This document shows, piece after piece, positions 27,915 to 37,389 of a DNA stretch of 64,000 nucleotides; position 1 is the first letter of the stretch; the number at the start of each line of letters is the position of its first letter. Position numbers and translations under genes: made by a program. The notes under the pieces are model-generated. The model was not told the DNA's origin, did not search any database, and was given only the letters and a program-made list of their open reading frames with translations. This DNA comes from an uncultured Pseudomonadota bacterium. GTDB lineage: Bacteria > Pseudomonadota > Alphaproteobacteria > RF32 > CAG-239. Location of the stretch: the NCBI GenBank assembly GCA_949286215.1, contig CASDYX010000004.1, forward strand, positions 20,001-84,000, in the 5' to 3' direction.

Positions 27915-28253
27915 TTAAATGTTACCAAATGTGGTTGCTAAGCCTGCTTCGGTAGAACCGGTTGCATATTCAACGATTGAACCTGCGGCTGCCAAAATTG
28001 CCAAACCTACTGCAAGGCCGGCAAACCAAGTCCATTTTACCTTACCAATAATTGCTGAGTAAGCAATACCGACCAAACCGAAACCACCTAAAATAAAGGT
28101 AATGGTTTTAACACTATCAAATACGTTACGTGTTTTCGTAGTTGCAGTATTCATCAAGCTGGCACCATCAGCCCAAGCTTCTCCACAAAAACCCATTGCT
28201 ACAATCAAGGTCAAGCAGCAAAGAGTTAAAATATTTTTCTTAATAAATTTCAT
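27915..28253 (-). CDS. virB2: VirB2/TrbC-family pilin
   Basis: It is 112 aa with a signal peptide ending AWA/DG and two hydrophobic helices. It is the first gene of the minus-strand cluster. Confidence 0.75.
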   Translation of the reverse strand: MKFIKKNILTLCCLTLIVAMGFCGEAWADGASLMNTATTKTRNVFDSVKTITFILGGFGLVGIAYSAIIGKVKWTWFAGLAVGLAILAAAGSIVEYATGSTEAGLATTFGNI

Positions 28254-28553
28254 ATTCTTTCTCCTTAATTAACGCAAAACTTCTTATACTCTTTTAGGAT
28301 AGCTAATTTTTGGCTTTTTGACCAGAAGAAAGAGCACTTCCTAAAATTCTATAACGCCTTGTTTTTGCAAGATATATTTTCCTGTAACAAAAAATTCACA
28401 GAACTGAAACATATCTAAACACCTTATTTTTAATGCTAAAAGGTAAATTTTTCTCTAACAGATTTTGTTTATCTTTTATTTTTGCTTTTTAGAAAAAATT
28501 TTCTTTGTTCATTTTGTGCATAATTTTATATCTGCCTTGCCAAGAGTCGTATA
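28254..28553. promoter_or_regulatory. AT-rich divergent intergenic region between the T4SS pilin operon (leftward) and the type IVb pilus operon (rightward)
   Basis: This is 300 nt of non-coding, very AT-rich sequence between two divergent first genes. It contains the near-palindrome agaaaaaattttct at 28490-28503. Confidence 0.5.
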
Positions 28554-30554
28554 TTGAATTATCAAGGGGTTAGAGGGGTTTTTATTTTGATGGGAAAAAC
28601 AGGTTTAAAAACTTTCGTTTGTAGCTTTACTTTCTCTTTGTTTGCCTTTGTTTGGGCGGGCAAGGAGTTCTTTGTTTTGTCCCAACCTCCTCAAAACGAT
28701 ATTGTTATTCCCAACAAAAATATCTCTTTGTTTTTTAAAGGAATGTCAGCAGATGCTCCGGCTTTGAAAACAATTCCCGTAAAAAAAATTGCGTTATCTG
28801 TTCCTCTTACTTTATCTAAAGATGAAGTTCCTCAGTCAGAATCCCCCTCTATTGAAAAAACTGAGGCTTCTCAAGACAACAAAACAGAGAAGCACAAAGA
28901 CTTAATTCCCTTAACTTTTGCTGAAAACGACATTGAATTTGATTTAAATGAAGATGCGTTGAAATCAAATCAATCTTCCAGCAAAGATAAGAATATTACG
29001 GCACAGAAACAAGCAGAACCTCAAAAAATTGCTCAAAATTTTCAAAAATTTATTGAGCAAAAGCCTGATATAGAGACAAAAGAGCTCCCTAAAGCCGATG
29101 AAACCTCGCTCAGTGAGGAAGAGGAAGATTTTTTTGTAAACAAGCCCCTATTGGCAAATGTGCAAATTTTGCGTCCCAATGCTAAAAACGTACAAAAAAT
29201 CCGCAAAGACCTTCCCTTATCATCAGAGGCAGAAGAAAAGCCTGCAGACGCTTCTATTCCTATGGACACCCAAGTCCCAAAAAATGAAGCTGAGCAATTA
29301 TCTGGTGAACAGCAAGAAGACCATCATTTGATTGCCATGGTACCTGATGAAGAACCCCAAGACAAGCAAGAAGCCAATATTGCGCCTAAACGCCCCATTC
29401 TTCCAGCTTTCAAAGTTGCAAAGGCAAAAACTAACCCTGAAACTTCTCCCAAGGTAGTGACACAAGACAACGGTAAAGATATTGTAGCCCAAGCCCCTAA
29501 AAACCTCCTTATTCCTCTTGAAACAAATGAGGATGCTACCCGTATGGCTAAAGCTAAAATTATTAATGCACCCGAAGAAAATAAGCTGGCTATGAAGAGT
29601 GCAAAAGCCCCAATCAAAAGTATGGAGCAAGAAATTTCTAGAAAAACAAAAGCTACGGAAGAGGATAACACCTCCGAGTGGCAAACAATGGCTGAAAAGC
29701 AAAATTCATCTACAAACGCTTGGGTAGCAGCTAAAGGTTCAGGATATGCGCCAAACAACAAAATAAAAGACGAGCAATTCTACAAGTCTGCCGACAGAAA
29801 AGCCTTGAAAAAGGTTTTACAGGATGACACTTTGCAACCAGGTGCGTCAAAGGATATAAAACTTGCCTCAGAAACAGTGGATAATTTACTTATCCCTATC
29901 CCTGAGGATATCTTAAACGACCCAAATTTAACCCCACAACTTGTATCTTCTTCACAAAACAAAGATTTGGAAGAAAAGGTTACCGAGCAAGAAAACATCG
30001 CCTACGGCACAACCGACAAAACCTCTAAAGCAACTCCTACCAAAAAAGAAGAAAAAACCACCAAAGAGCAAGATTCAGGATTACTCAAAAGCATTACCTC
30101 TATTTTCAAGAAGGATTCAGCCAGCACTGAGCAATCCAACAAAGAAAATGATGAAGGAAGCTTTTTAGACCGCTTTAAGAGAAAAAATAAAGGCTCGGAA
30201 TTTTCGGGAAAAATTTTACCGACGGAAATTCGTTTAGCTTTTCAGCCCAATCGCGCAGAAATTTCAGGTGTTACGCTTAAATGGTTACAAGCTTTCGCCA
30301 ATAAAATCAATGAAGATAAAAATGCAGGTCTTGAAATTCGCATTGACGGCAGCAGCTCTTATGAACTGCAACAAAAGAGACTTAACCTTCTTAACAATAT
30401 TTTAGCAAGCAATGGGGTTGATTTTAATAAGGTTAATACAATTTTTACAACGAGAGAGCCAAACTCTTTTATTATCAGAACTGTTCGGATTAACAACACA
30501 AACGGAGGCATAGAGGAAAATAATGATTGGCAAGACTATTATAAGGTGTGGTAA
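28554..30554 (+). CDS. 666-aa membrane-anchored protein with a long K/E/P/A-rich low-complexity region and a C-terminal domain weakly resembling OmpA-like domains
   Basis: It has an N-terminal hydrophobic segment FVCSFTFSLFAFVWAG. It is the first gene of the plus-strand pil operon. The C-terminal 150 aa is ...RLAFQPNRAEISGVTLKWLQAFANKINEDKNAGLEIRIDGSSSYELQQKRLNLLNNILASNGVDF... Confidence 0.55.
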   Translation: MNYQGVRGVFILMGKTGLKTFVCSFTFSLFAFVWAGKEFFVLSQPPQNDIVIPNKNISLFFKGMSADAPALKTIPVKKIALSVPLTLSKDEVPQSESPSIEKTEASQDNKTEKHKDLIPLTFAENDIEFDLNEDALKSNQSSSKDKNITAQKQAEPQKIAQNFQKFIEQKPDIETKELPKADETSLSEEEEDFFVNKPLLANVQILRPNAKNVQKIRKDLPLSSEAEEKPADASIPMDTQVPKNEAEQLSGEQQEDHHLIAMVPDEEPQDKQEANIAPKRPILPAFKVAKAKTNPETSPKVVTQDNGKDIVAQAPKNLLIPLETNEDATRMAKAKIINAPEENKLAMKSAKAPIKSMEQEISRKTKATEEDNTSEWQTMAEKQNSSTNAWVAAKGSGYAPNNKIKDEQFYKSADRKALKKVLQDDTLQPGASKDIKLASETVDNLLIPIPEDILNDPNLTPQLVSSSQNKDLEEKVTEQENIAYGTTDKTSKATPTKKEEKTTKEQDSGLLKSITSIFKKDSASTEQSNKENDEGSFLDRFKRKNKGSEFSGKILPTEIRLAFQPNRAEISGVTLKWLQAFANKINEDKNAGLEIRIDGSSSYELQQKRLNLLNNILASNGVDFNKVNTIFTTREPNSFIIRTVRINNTNGGIEENNDWQDYYKVW

Positions 30555-30620
30555 GCCTTGGTAATAAGTCGTGCCTGACGCTTGATTATTTATTTTTCAA
30601 TATGTATTATAGGGAAAAAT

Positions 30621-31316
30621 ATGACAAAATATAGCTTAGGAATTAAAATTATGCGCATAAAGTTTCGGCTAATTACCGGATTAATGGGATTATTTATGAC
30701 TTCTGGGTGTTTAGGTACACTCTCCCACCCTGCACAGTTGCCTCCGGAGGCTGTGGAATGTGACGAAAACGGTAACAGAGTTTGCACGGAAACAAATTCT
30801 GCACCACAGATGCCATCTTCTCATCAGGACAGTGAGTTTGTTAATTATACAGAGGTAGCTGCCGATTATAAAGAATATGGAGAAAGAGTTCCCAGAGACC
30901 AAAATATCGCTGATGGTGGCGCAGGAAGCAATATTTCTGCCGCTGTTCCTCCGACAGTAGAAAGTGAAGTTATTGAATACGAACAAGAAATTACCGAAAC
31001 AAACGGAAATGGCTCTGATGGTTCTTCAGAATATAGTGCTGAAGATCCGGTCGAAGATTGGCTAGCTGAAGAGGGACAAACCCTAAAATCTTTGCTGACT
31101 GAGTGGAGTGAAAGAGCCGGTTGGAGATTAATTTGGAATTCAAACCGCAATTATACTTTAACCGCAGGTGCTATGTTCAGAGGTCGTTTTGCTGATGTCA
31201 GTGCTGCTCTTATCAGAGCTTTCGCTCGTGCAACCCCTGCTCCGATTGCCACATTTTATAAAGGAAACCGCGTCTTAGTTGTTGAGACAATGGAGGATGA
31301 GAATGCTTATGAATAG
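30621..31316 (+). CDS. pilL: Lipoprotein with a TcpQ/PilL-like C-terminal domain, the type IVb pilus secretin partner
   Basis: The lipobox is LFMTSGC. The C-terminal stretch WLAEEGQTLKSLLTEWSERAGWRLIWNSNRNYTLTAGAMFRGRFADVSAALIRAFARATPAPIATFYKGNRVLVV fits the TcpQ-domain pattern. The start is ambiguous among 30582, 30621 and 30651. Confidence 0.6.
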   Translation: MTKYSLGIKIMRIKFRLITGLMGLFMTSGCLGTLSHPAQLPPEAVECDENGNRVCTETNSAPQMPSSHQDSEFVNYTEVAADYKEYGERVPRDQNIADGGAGSNISAAVPPTVESEVIEYEQEITETNGNGSDGSSEYSAEDPVEDWLAEEGQTLKSLLTEWSERAGWRLIWNSNRNYTLTAGAMFRGRFADVSAALIRAFARATPAPIATFYKGNRVLVVETMEDENAYE

Positions 31317-32922
31317 AATTACCAAATATAGCTTGGGTGCATTATTGCTTGTCGCAGCAGGCTCTTGTTCCTTATCAACAAAAATGGACGCGACAGTAGA
31401 ACGCGAAGTTGAAGCTACTACAAAGTTAAAAGAAGTGGCTAAAATTCCTGATAAAGTACTGAATGATGATGTCGTTCGTGTTAAAAACGATATTTGGCTC
31501 GGCGACACCAGCCAAGTTGAGTATGACGGTCAACCTATTCCTGCTTATTTGGAAGGGAAAGACGGCATTACATTAATCAGCAATCGTCCGATTACGCTTT
31601 ATGAAATCGGTGATATGATTAATAAGATTACAGGTTTGCGCGTCAGTTATGCTACCCATTTGGAAAAAGATGTACTTGCAAATGCAGCTAAAAACAAACC
31701 TGATGCATCTTCAGTTAATGTAGATTGGACAGATCCAAGCAAGATGTTGGTTTCTTACCAAGGTCCTTTAAGCGGTTTGTTAAATGAAATAGGGTCTCGC
31801 TTTGGAATTTGGTGGAAATATGACCGAAAAGAAATTTATTTTTACAAGTACCAAACAAGAACTTTTGTACTTTACAGCTTACCGACTTCTCCTCAAGTTT
31901 CTGTGAATGTCGGTGGTTCAACAAAAGGTTCAGGCGGTACATCTCAAATTTCTTTGACCAGTGGCGCTAAAATGGACTTCTGGAAAAACATTGAGAATTC
32001 CATAAAAAATATGTTGGACAAGAGTTCAAAATATACTATGGATCCGTCAAACGGTACGATTTCGGTTACCGCAACGCCAAACGATATTAAAAAGATTGCA
32101 AAATTTATTAATGAACAAAATGTTCGCTTATCAAGACAAGTAGCTATTAGTATTAAAGTTTTGCAAGTTAGTATAGATGATAGCGACCAATATGGTTTGG
32201 ATTTGTCTGCAATATGGAAAGATCCGACTGGTGAAAGTGTTGGCATATCCAGTATTGCAGGTGGTTTAGGTCAAGATGTTACAAAGAACTTAACAATGAC
32301 TCTATTGCCAGGAAATGTTTCAATAGATGCCTCTTTGCAAGCTTTGTCTACGCAAGCTACCACAAACTTGATTACAAGTGGTACGGTAACAACTTTGAAC
32401 AACAAGCCTGCACCAATCCAAGTTGTTAAAACTCAAAACTATATTTCCGAAATTACCAAAACAAACAGCGGCGGTGATGCAAGTTATTACGACGTTTCAA
32501 CTGAGACCGAAGAAATTGAAACCGGTTTTACGATGGACGTTTTGCCGAGAATTTTGGAACATGGTCGTTTAATGTTGATGTTTAACCTGACGTTGTCTGA
32601 TTTGATTTCTTTGGAAAAAGTAAGTTTGGATGACAGAGCTGATGGTGAAACAAGTGCCGGTGGCGGTCAATATATTCAAAACCCGATTATCGAATCACGC
32701 GGCTTTACGCAAGAAGTTGCTATGAAATCCGGACAATCATTGGTTTTAACCGGCTATGAAAGAGTTGAAAACACTACAGAAAAATCAGGTGTTGGCTCTG
32801 CTGACAACTCTTTGTTGGGTGGAACAGCTAAAGCTGGAAAAGTAAGAAGCCTCTTGGTTATTATTTTAACTCCGGTTGTTTTGGATTCCCCATTATCACC
32901 CGAATCGAGAATGAAAGAATAA
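31309..32922 (+). CDS. pilN: Lipoprotein secretin of the type IVb pilus (R64 PilN / TcpC / BfpB type)
   Basis: It has a lipoprotein signal MNRITKYSLGALLLVAAGSC. The secretin C-terminal motif is ...SGVGSADNSLLGGTAKAGKVRSLLVIILTPVVL. Its ATG overlaps the pilL stop. Confidence 0.7.
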   Translation: MNRITKYSLGALLLVAAGSCSLSTKMDATVEREVEATTKLKEVAKIPDKVLNDDVVRVKNDIWLGDTSQVEYDGQPIPAYLEGKDGITLISNRPITLYEIGDMINKITGLRVSYATHLEKDVLANAAKNKPDASSVNVDWTDPSKMLVSYQGPLSGLLNEIGSRFGIWWKYDRKEIYFYKYQTRTFVLYSLPTSPQVSVNVGGSTKGSGGTSQISLTSGAKMDFWKNIENSIKNMLDKSSKYTMDPSNGTISVTATPNDIKKIAKFINEQNVRLSRQVAISIKVLQVSIDDSDQYGLDLSAIWKDPTGESVGISSIAGGLGQDVTKNLTMTLLPGNVSIDASLQALSTQATTNLITSGTVTTLNNKPAPIQVVKTQNYISEITKTNSGGDASYYDVSTETEEIETGFTMDVLPRILEHGRLMLMFNLTLSDLISLEKVSLDDRADGETSAGGGQYIQNPIIESRGFTQEVAMKSGQSLVLTGYERVENTTEKSGVGSADNSLLGGTAKAGKVRSLLVIILTPVVLDSPLSPESRMKE

Positions 32923-32934
32923 GGATTTATAAAA

Positions 32935-34212
32935 ATGGTTCTGGAAGATGCTAAATTTCAAGAACAAGATTTTGATTCGAATGTTAATCGTTCGTGGGCC
33001 ACTGAGTTTACCGTGGAAGGTATTTCTTATGCCACCAGCTTGTTTTGGCAACCTTTACAGAATAAAGATGACCCTTACACCGAAGTAGAAGAGACTGCTG
33101 GCGGTGTGTTGGAAGGGGCAGACCTCTTTTGTATAAAACCTGGTAAAGCTCCTCAATTTGGTATTTGTGTTTCTCAAGAAGGATATAAAAACGGAACACT
33201 GGCAGGTGCTGTTTCCTTATCTACTGCTCTTTCGGATCGTTCTTCTTTCGTCGGCGTGTTTAAGGTAAAAGAAGGATGGTGGTACACTTGTGTACGTAAC
33301 GATATTATCCTTTCTGATGGTGATATGCTCTTCTTAAAAGAGGAAGATGCTAAAAACCAATTCATGTCAATGCTCGCCGTTCCGGATTGGGGACGTAAAA
33401 TTGCACCTCCGGAATGGGAAATTGAAGAGACCGAATATCCCGATTTGGCTAAACTTTTGCAACGTGGCGCCAAAAGCAAGCTGCAAAAAATTAAGGCCTT
33501 AAGAGGTTCTAAATTGATTGCCGTTGTGGCGGTATCGGCAATTGTTGGGTTGTGGTTACTGTCTAGCATTATCAGCAGTATATTTTTATCACCTCCGAAA
33601 AAACCAATTATTGCGCCGGTGAGACCAAAGGTTGTTAAACCTGTAGAACAGCCCCCTGAAATTAAGCCTTGGGAAAAATTAAAGAATCCTTCCGAGATTA
33701 TGTTGCAATGCAAAACGGGCGTTAATGCTTTGTTGCATATTCTTCCGCCGGGATGGAAAATCGGAGGAATTTCTTGCAGTGATTCTTCTATTACAACATC
33801 TTGGACAAGAGAGGTGGGTCGTATCAGCTGGATTGACAAGGCTCTTAGTCGCTCGGGAATTAATTTTTCAGGAAAATCTATTTCTGATGACGGAAATACG
33901 GTTATGGTTTCTGTTCCGTTTAATAAAATAGATATTATATCTTCTCCACCTCAATATATGGGAGTTGATTTGAAAAATGTTTTAAATAATATGTTCCAAG
34001 CTATCGGGCAAGATATATCTTTGCAAAGTTTTTCTTATACGTCTCCAAGAAATAACGTATATAGATCTATCAAGTTTAGATTTAAATCTATGCAAAATCC
34101 ATCAGTTTGGAATGATTTATTAATAAAATTTTCAGGACTTGAGATTAATAGTATTAAATATGATGTAAATACGAAGCAATGGCATTACGAAGGAGCAATC
34201 TATGTCTTATAA
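32935..34212 (+). CDS. Type IVb pilus assembly protein at the R64 PilO position; 425 aa with one TM near residue 195
   Basis: The TM is LIAVVAVSAIVGLWLLSSIISSIF. Gene order L-N-O-P-Q-R-S-T matches R64/PAPI-1. No motif was confidently assigned. Confidence 0.5.
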   Translation: MVLEDAKFQEQDFDSNVNRSWATEFTVEGISYATSLFWQPLQNKDDPYTEVEETAGGVLEGADLFCIKPGKAPQFGICVSQEGYKNGTLAGAVSLSTALSDRSSFVGVFKVKEGWWYTCVRNDIILSDGDMLFLKEEDAKNQFMSMLAVPDWGRKIAPPEWEIEETEYPDLAKLLQRGAKSKLQKIKALRGSKLIAVVAVSAIVGLWLLSSIISSIFLSPPKKPIIAPVRPKVVKPVEQPPEIKPWEKLKNPSEIMLQCKTGVNALLHILPPGWKIGGISCSDSSITTSWTREVGRISWIDKALSRSGINFSGKSISDDGNTVMVSVPFNKIDIISSPPQYMGVDLKNVLNNMFQAIGQDISLQSFSYTSPRNNVYRSIKFRFKSMQNPSVWNDLLIKFSGLEINSIKYDVNTKQWHYEGAIYVL

Positions 34213-35713
34213 TACAAATTACAAATTATGCTTTGCAGCTGTGGCTCTGATTCTTGGATTAACTCCTAGTCAGAAGGCTTGGGCTGTTCTTCCTTTAGAT
34301 GCTGAGCAAAATAATTCTGCTGAAATTCCTTTAATCCCTGATGAAATTTCGCTAAATGAAACATCAGATGCCAATGCTTTGTTAACTCCTCCGTCTTTAA
34401 ATGGGAACGGTGCTCCGTCAACTCAGCAAACTGACACAATTCCTTTAAATACAACAGATAGTTCGGATACACCTATTCAAGAGTTGAATTTACCGAATCT
34501 CAATCCTGAGGCTGCAAATGCTGCACCAAACGTCCAACCTTTAGCAGCAAATGCTCCCGCTGATGGAAACAATAATCCTACAATGGTTCAGCCTTTGAAT
34601 AATACTGCTAGTAACAATGCTCCTGACACTCAGGTAAATAGTACTGCTAACAAATTTCAACAGCTTCAGTTGCTAAAACAACAAGCCAAAACGCCTGAAA
34701 GCAATAATTTCGGTGAAACGATTTTGTCGCAGATTGATAATGATTTGTTTAACCAAATGTCAGATTTGGAAAAACAGACTAGTTTGCTCAGTCTTGAATT
34801 ACGCAGAGAAAAAGTAAAAAATGAAATTGAAGCCTTAAAAGCTGCAAGACAAAAATCTATAGATGAAGCAAACGAAAAAAGAGAAGAAAAAGAGCGTAAA
34901 AAACTTGAGTGGGAACAAGAGCAACAAAGGAAATTGTTGATTGAAGAACAAAAGCTCAGAGAACTCAATTTAGCATATGAAAAATTGCGCCAAGAAAATA
35001 TTATCAAGGCCTACAAAGAAGAAATGCTTATGTCAAACCAAAAATGGATTGATACAAATGCTAAATTGTATAGAGACATTGCCAAATTGGAAGAAAGTAA
35101 TAGTAAGGTTGTAGAAGAAATGAAATTAAAACTTAACTATTTACTGCAACTTTCAGCAAAAACATCTGAAGCCGCTGAAACAGCCAAGAAAAATTACAGT
35201 AGAGAATTGGCTAACTTGCAAACCCAAGTTTCTATCTTAAAATCTCGTTTAGCTGCAGAAAAGCAGGCTCGTGAAGAAATTAATACGGCCAACAAGGATA
35301 AAACAAATCCGTTTGCGTCACTTTCTGAAGATGAAAAGAATGAAAAGAAAAGTCAAAAATTGTCCGATGAATATGCTATTATGGAAATTCGCGGACAAGG
35401 CAGCGACTTATCCGCTAAGCTCATAAACAAGAGTGGTTCTTCTTTTCAGGTTCAAAAAGGAACTATCTTGCAAACAGGTCATGAAGTCGGTGAAATTTCT
35501 CAAACCTACGTTATGGCGATGAAAAACGGCAAAAAAGAATATCTCTATTTTGCTGCCGGAGGTATTTTGGACAGAGAGCCTAAATCCGTTTCTCCCGTTT
35601 TATCTTCTGGGGTAACACCTCTGCCTAAAAAATCAGGCGGTTTAGATCCTTTACCGTCTTTAAATGCGAACCAAGGTTTGCCTAGCTTACGCGCAGGAAT
35701 GTTTGTCAGGTAA
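34202..35713 (+). CDS. Secreted low-complexity / coiled-coil protein with a small C-terminal beta domain, at the PilP position
   Basis: It has a signal peptide MSYNTNYKLCFAAVALILGLTPSQKAWA, an N/P/A/T-rich region, then a KE-rich coiled coil. The C-terminal stretch is ...AIMEIRGQGSDLSAKLINKSGSSFQVQKGTIL... Confidence 0.5.
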   Translation: MSYNTNYKLCFAAVALILGLTPSQKAWAVLPLDAEQNNSAEIPLIPDEISLNETSDANALLTPPSLNGNGAPSTQQTDTIPLNTTDSSDTPIQELNLPNLNPEAANAAPNVQPLAANAPADGNNNPTMVQPLNNTASNNAPDTQVNSTANKFQQLQLLKQQAKTPESNNFGETILSQIDNDLFNQMSDLEKQTSLLSLELRREKVKNEIEALKAARQKSIDEANEKREEKERKKLEWEQEQQRKLLIEEQKLRELNLAYEKLRQENIIKAYKEEMLMSNQKWIDTNAKLYRDIAKLEESNSKVVEEMKLKLNYLLQLSAKTSEAAETAKKNYSRELANLQTQVSILKSRLAAEKQAREEINTANKDKTNPFASLSEDEKNEKKSQKLSDEYAIMEIRGQGSDLSAKLINKSGSSFQVQKGTILQTGHEVGEISQTYVMAMKNGKKEYLYFAAGGILDREPKSVSPVLSSGVTPLPKKSGGLDPLPSLNANQGLPSLRAGMFVR

Positions 35714-35721
35714 GATGAAAT

Positions 35722-37386
35722 ATGGCCGAAGAGGAAAATACAGAAGCCACCAATGAAAACAGCAGTCAAGGTTCAGGACAAGTCATTGGTGCTTCTGATG
35801 CAGAAGGGCAAAAAAAATACAATATTATCGAAGATTTATTCAGTAACGGGAATAAGTTATTAACTCTTCCCGGCTCTTCTTTAGTGATTAATGATGATAC
35901 CAGACGTCTTTTGGCTTTATTTGCTGATGGGCGTTTTTTGGTCGTTGAATCTCATAAGTTTGACGGACGCGTTTTGAGCTTTGAGGTTTTAGCGCGCAAA
36001 AAACACTTAAATATCAGTAAACCAACCTATGTAAGCCAAAATGAAATCAATGCTGTTTACGCTTACGGAGAACGTGCTCAGCCTCTTTCTAATATTGAAG
36101 GTGATGAAGACTTAGACCAACTGCAAATGCAGAAGGACTTTGTTAACGTCGTAGCCCGTGCAGCTGCAATGAAAGTGTCTGACGTGCACGTGGTTGTGGC
36201 TGACAGTACGCAAATTATGTTTCGCGTTAACGGCATGATGCAAACCGTTATGGAATATAATAAAGACTGGGGAGAATCTTTTGTTCGTGCAGCATTTGCT
36301 TCTTCTGATATTTCAGATTCAAACTATGCTCAAAATGAATTCCAAGGGGCTCAAAAATTAGGTTCAACACCATTGCGTGGCTCTAAAGGTAAGTTAATGT
36401 TACCGCATAACGTCTTGGCTATTCGTTTGCAATTTAACCCGATTGCATTCGGTTCTCAATATTTGGTTATGCGTTTGCTTTATGCGGATGAAAACCCTGA
36501 TGGAAGCGGCGACTTACAGGCTCTTGGATTTGGTGAATATGAAGAAAATCTGTTTTATCGACTACGTGCTGTTCCTACAGGGTTGAGTGTTATTGCGGGG
36601 CCTACGGGTTCGGGTAAATCAACAACCTTACAGCGCAATATGATTAAGCTCTTGCAAGAAAAAAATTACGAAATTAACCTTATCACCGTGGAAGATCCTC
36701 CCGAATATCCAATTCCAGGCGCAAGGCAAATGCCTGTGACCAATGCTAATACGGAAGAAGAAAAAGCCGAAATGTTTACCAAAGCTTTGTCTGCAGCTTT
36801 GCGTTCAGACCCTGATGTTATGATGGTGGGTGAAACACGTGCTTTGGCAACCGCTGAATTAACATTTAAGGGAGCTCTTTCAGGACACGGTGTTTGGACA
36901 ACTTTGCACGCAAACAGTGCGCCGGCGATTATTACCCGTTTACGTGATATGGGTATCCAACCTTATATGTTGGCCGACCCTGAACTCGTAAAGGGATTAA
37001 TTTCACAACGTTTGTTTAGAAAACTTTGCCCTCACTGCCGAGTTTCGGTGAAAGAAAGACTTAATGATCCTGCAGTTAAAAGATTGCGTATTGCATTAGG
37101 TGATTTTGGTATTGAAAATACCTTTGTGCGTGGTCCCGGATGTAAGTTTTGCGATAATAAAGGCATCAAAGGGCGTATGAGTGTGCCTGAAATTATTTTA
37201 CCTGATGCTGTTTTTCTCGAATTAATGATTGCTGGCGAAACCAGAAAAGCTATCGATTATTGGACCAGTGATTTGAATGGCAGACCTCTTCGTGATGCCG
37301 CGATTGAGCGTATGTTAAAAGGTTATATTGATTTAGATGAAGTTGAGCGTTGGTGCGGTTTGCTTGACCAACGGCCGTCTTACTAG
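35722..37386 (+). CDS. pilQ: GspE/PilB-family assembly ATPase (R64 PilQ type)
   Basis: The Walker A motif is VIAGPTGSGKST. It carries Asp/His boxes, and a tetracysteine motif CPHC...CKFC is typical of GspE-family ATPases. Confidence 0.8.
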   Translation: MAEEENTEATNENSSQGSGQVIGASDAEGQKKYNIIEDLFSNGNKLLTLPGSSLVINDDTRRLLALFADGRFLVVESHKFDGRVLSFEVLARKKHLNISKPTYVSQNEINAVYAYGERAQPLSNIEGDEDLDQLQMQKDFVNVVARAAAMKVSDVHVVVADSTQIMFRVNGMMQTVMEYNKDWGESFVRAAFASSDISDSNYAQNEFQGAQKLGSTPLRGSKGKLMLPHNVLAIRLQFNPIAFGSQYLVMRLLYADENPDGSGDLQALGFGEYEENLFYRLRAVPTGLSVIAGPTGSGKSTTLQRNMIKLLQEKNYEINLITVEDPPEYPIPGARQMPVTNANTEEEKAEMFTKALSAALRSDPDVMMVGETRALATAELTFKGALSGHGVWTTLHANSAPAIITRLRDMGIQPYMLADPELVKGLISQRLFRKLCPHCRVSVKERLNDPAVKRLRIALGDFGIENTFVRGPGCKFCDNKGIKGRMSVPEIILPDAVFLELMIAGETRKAIDYWTSDLNGRPLRDAAIERMLKGYIDLDEVERWCGLLDQRPSY

Positions 37387-37389
37387 GGA

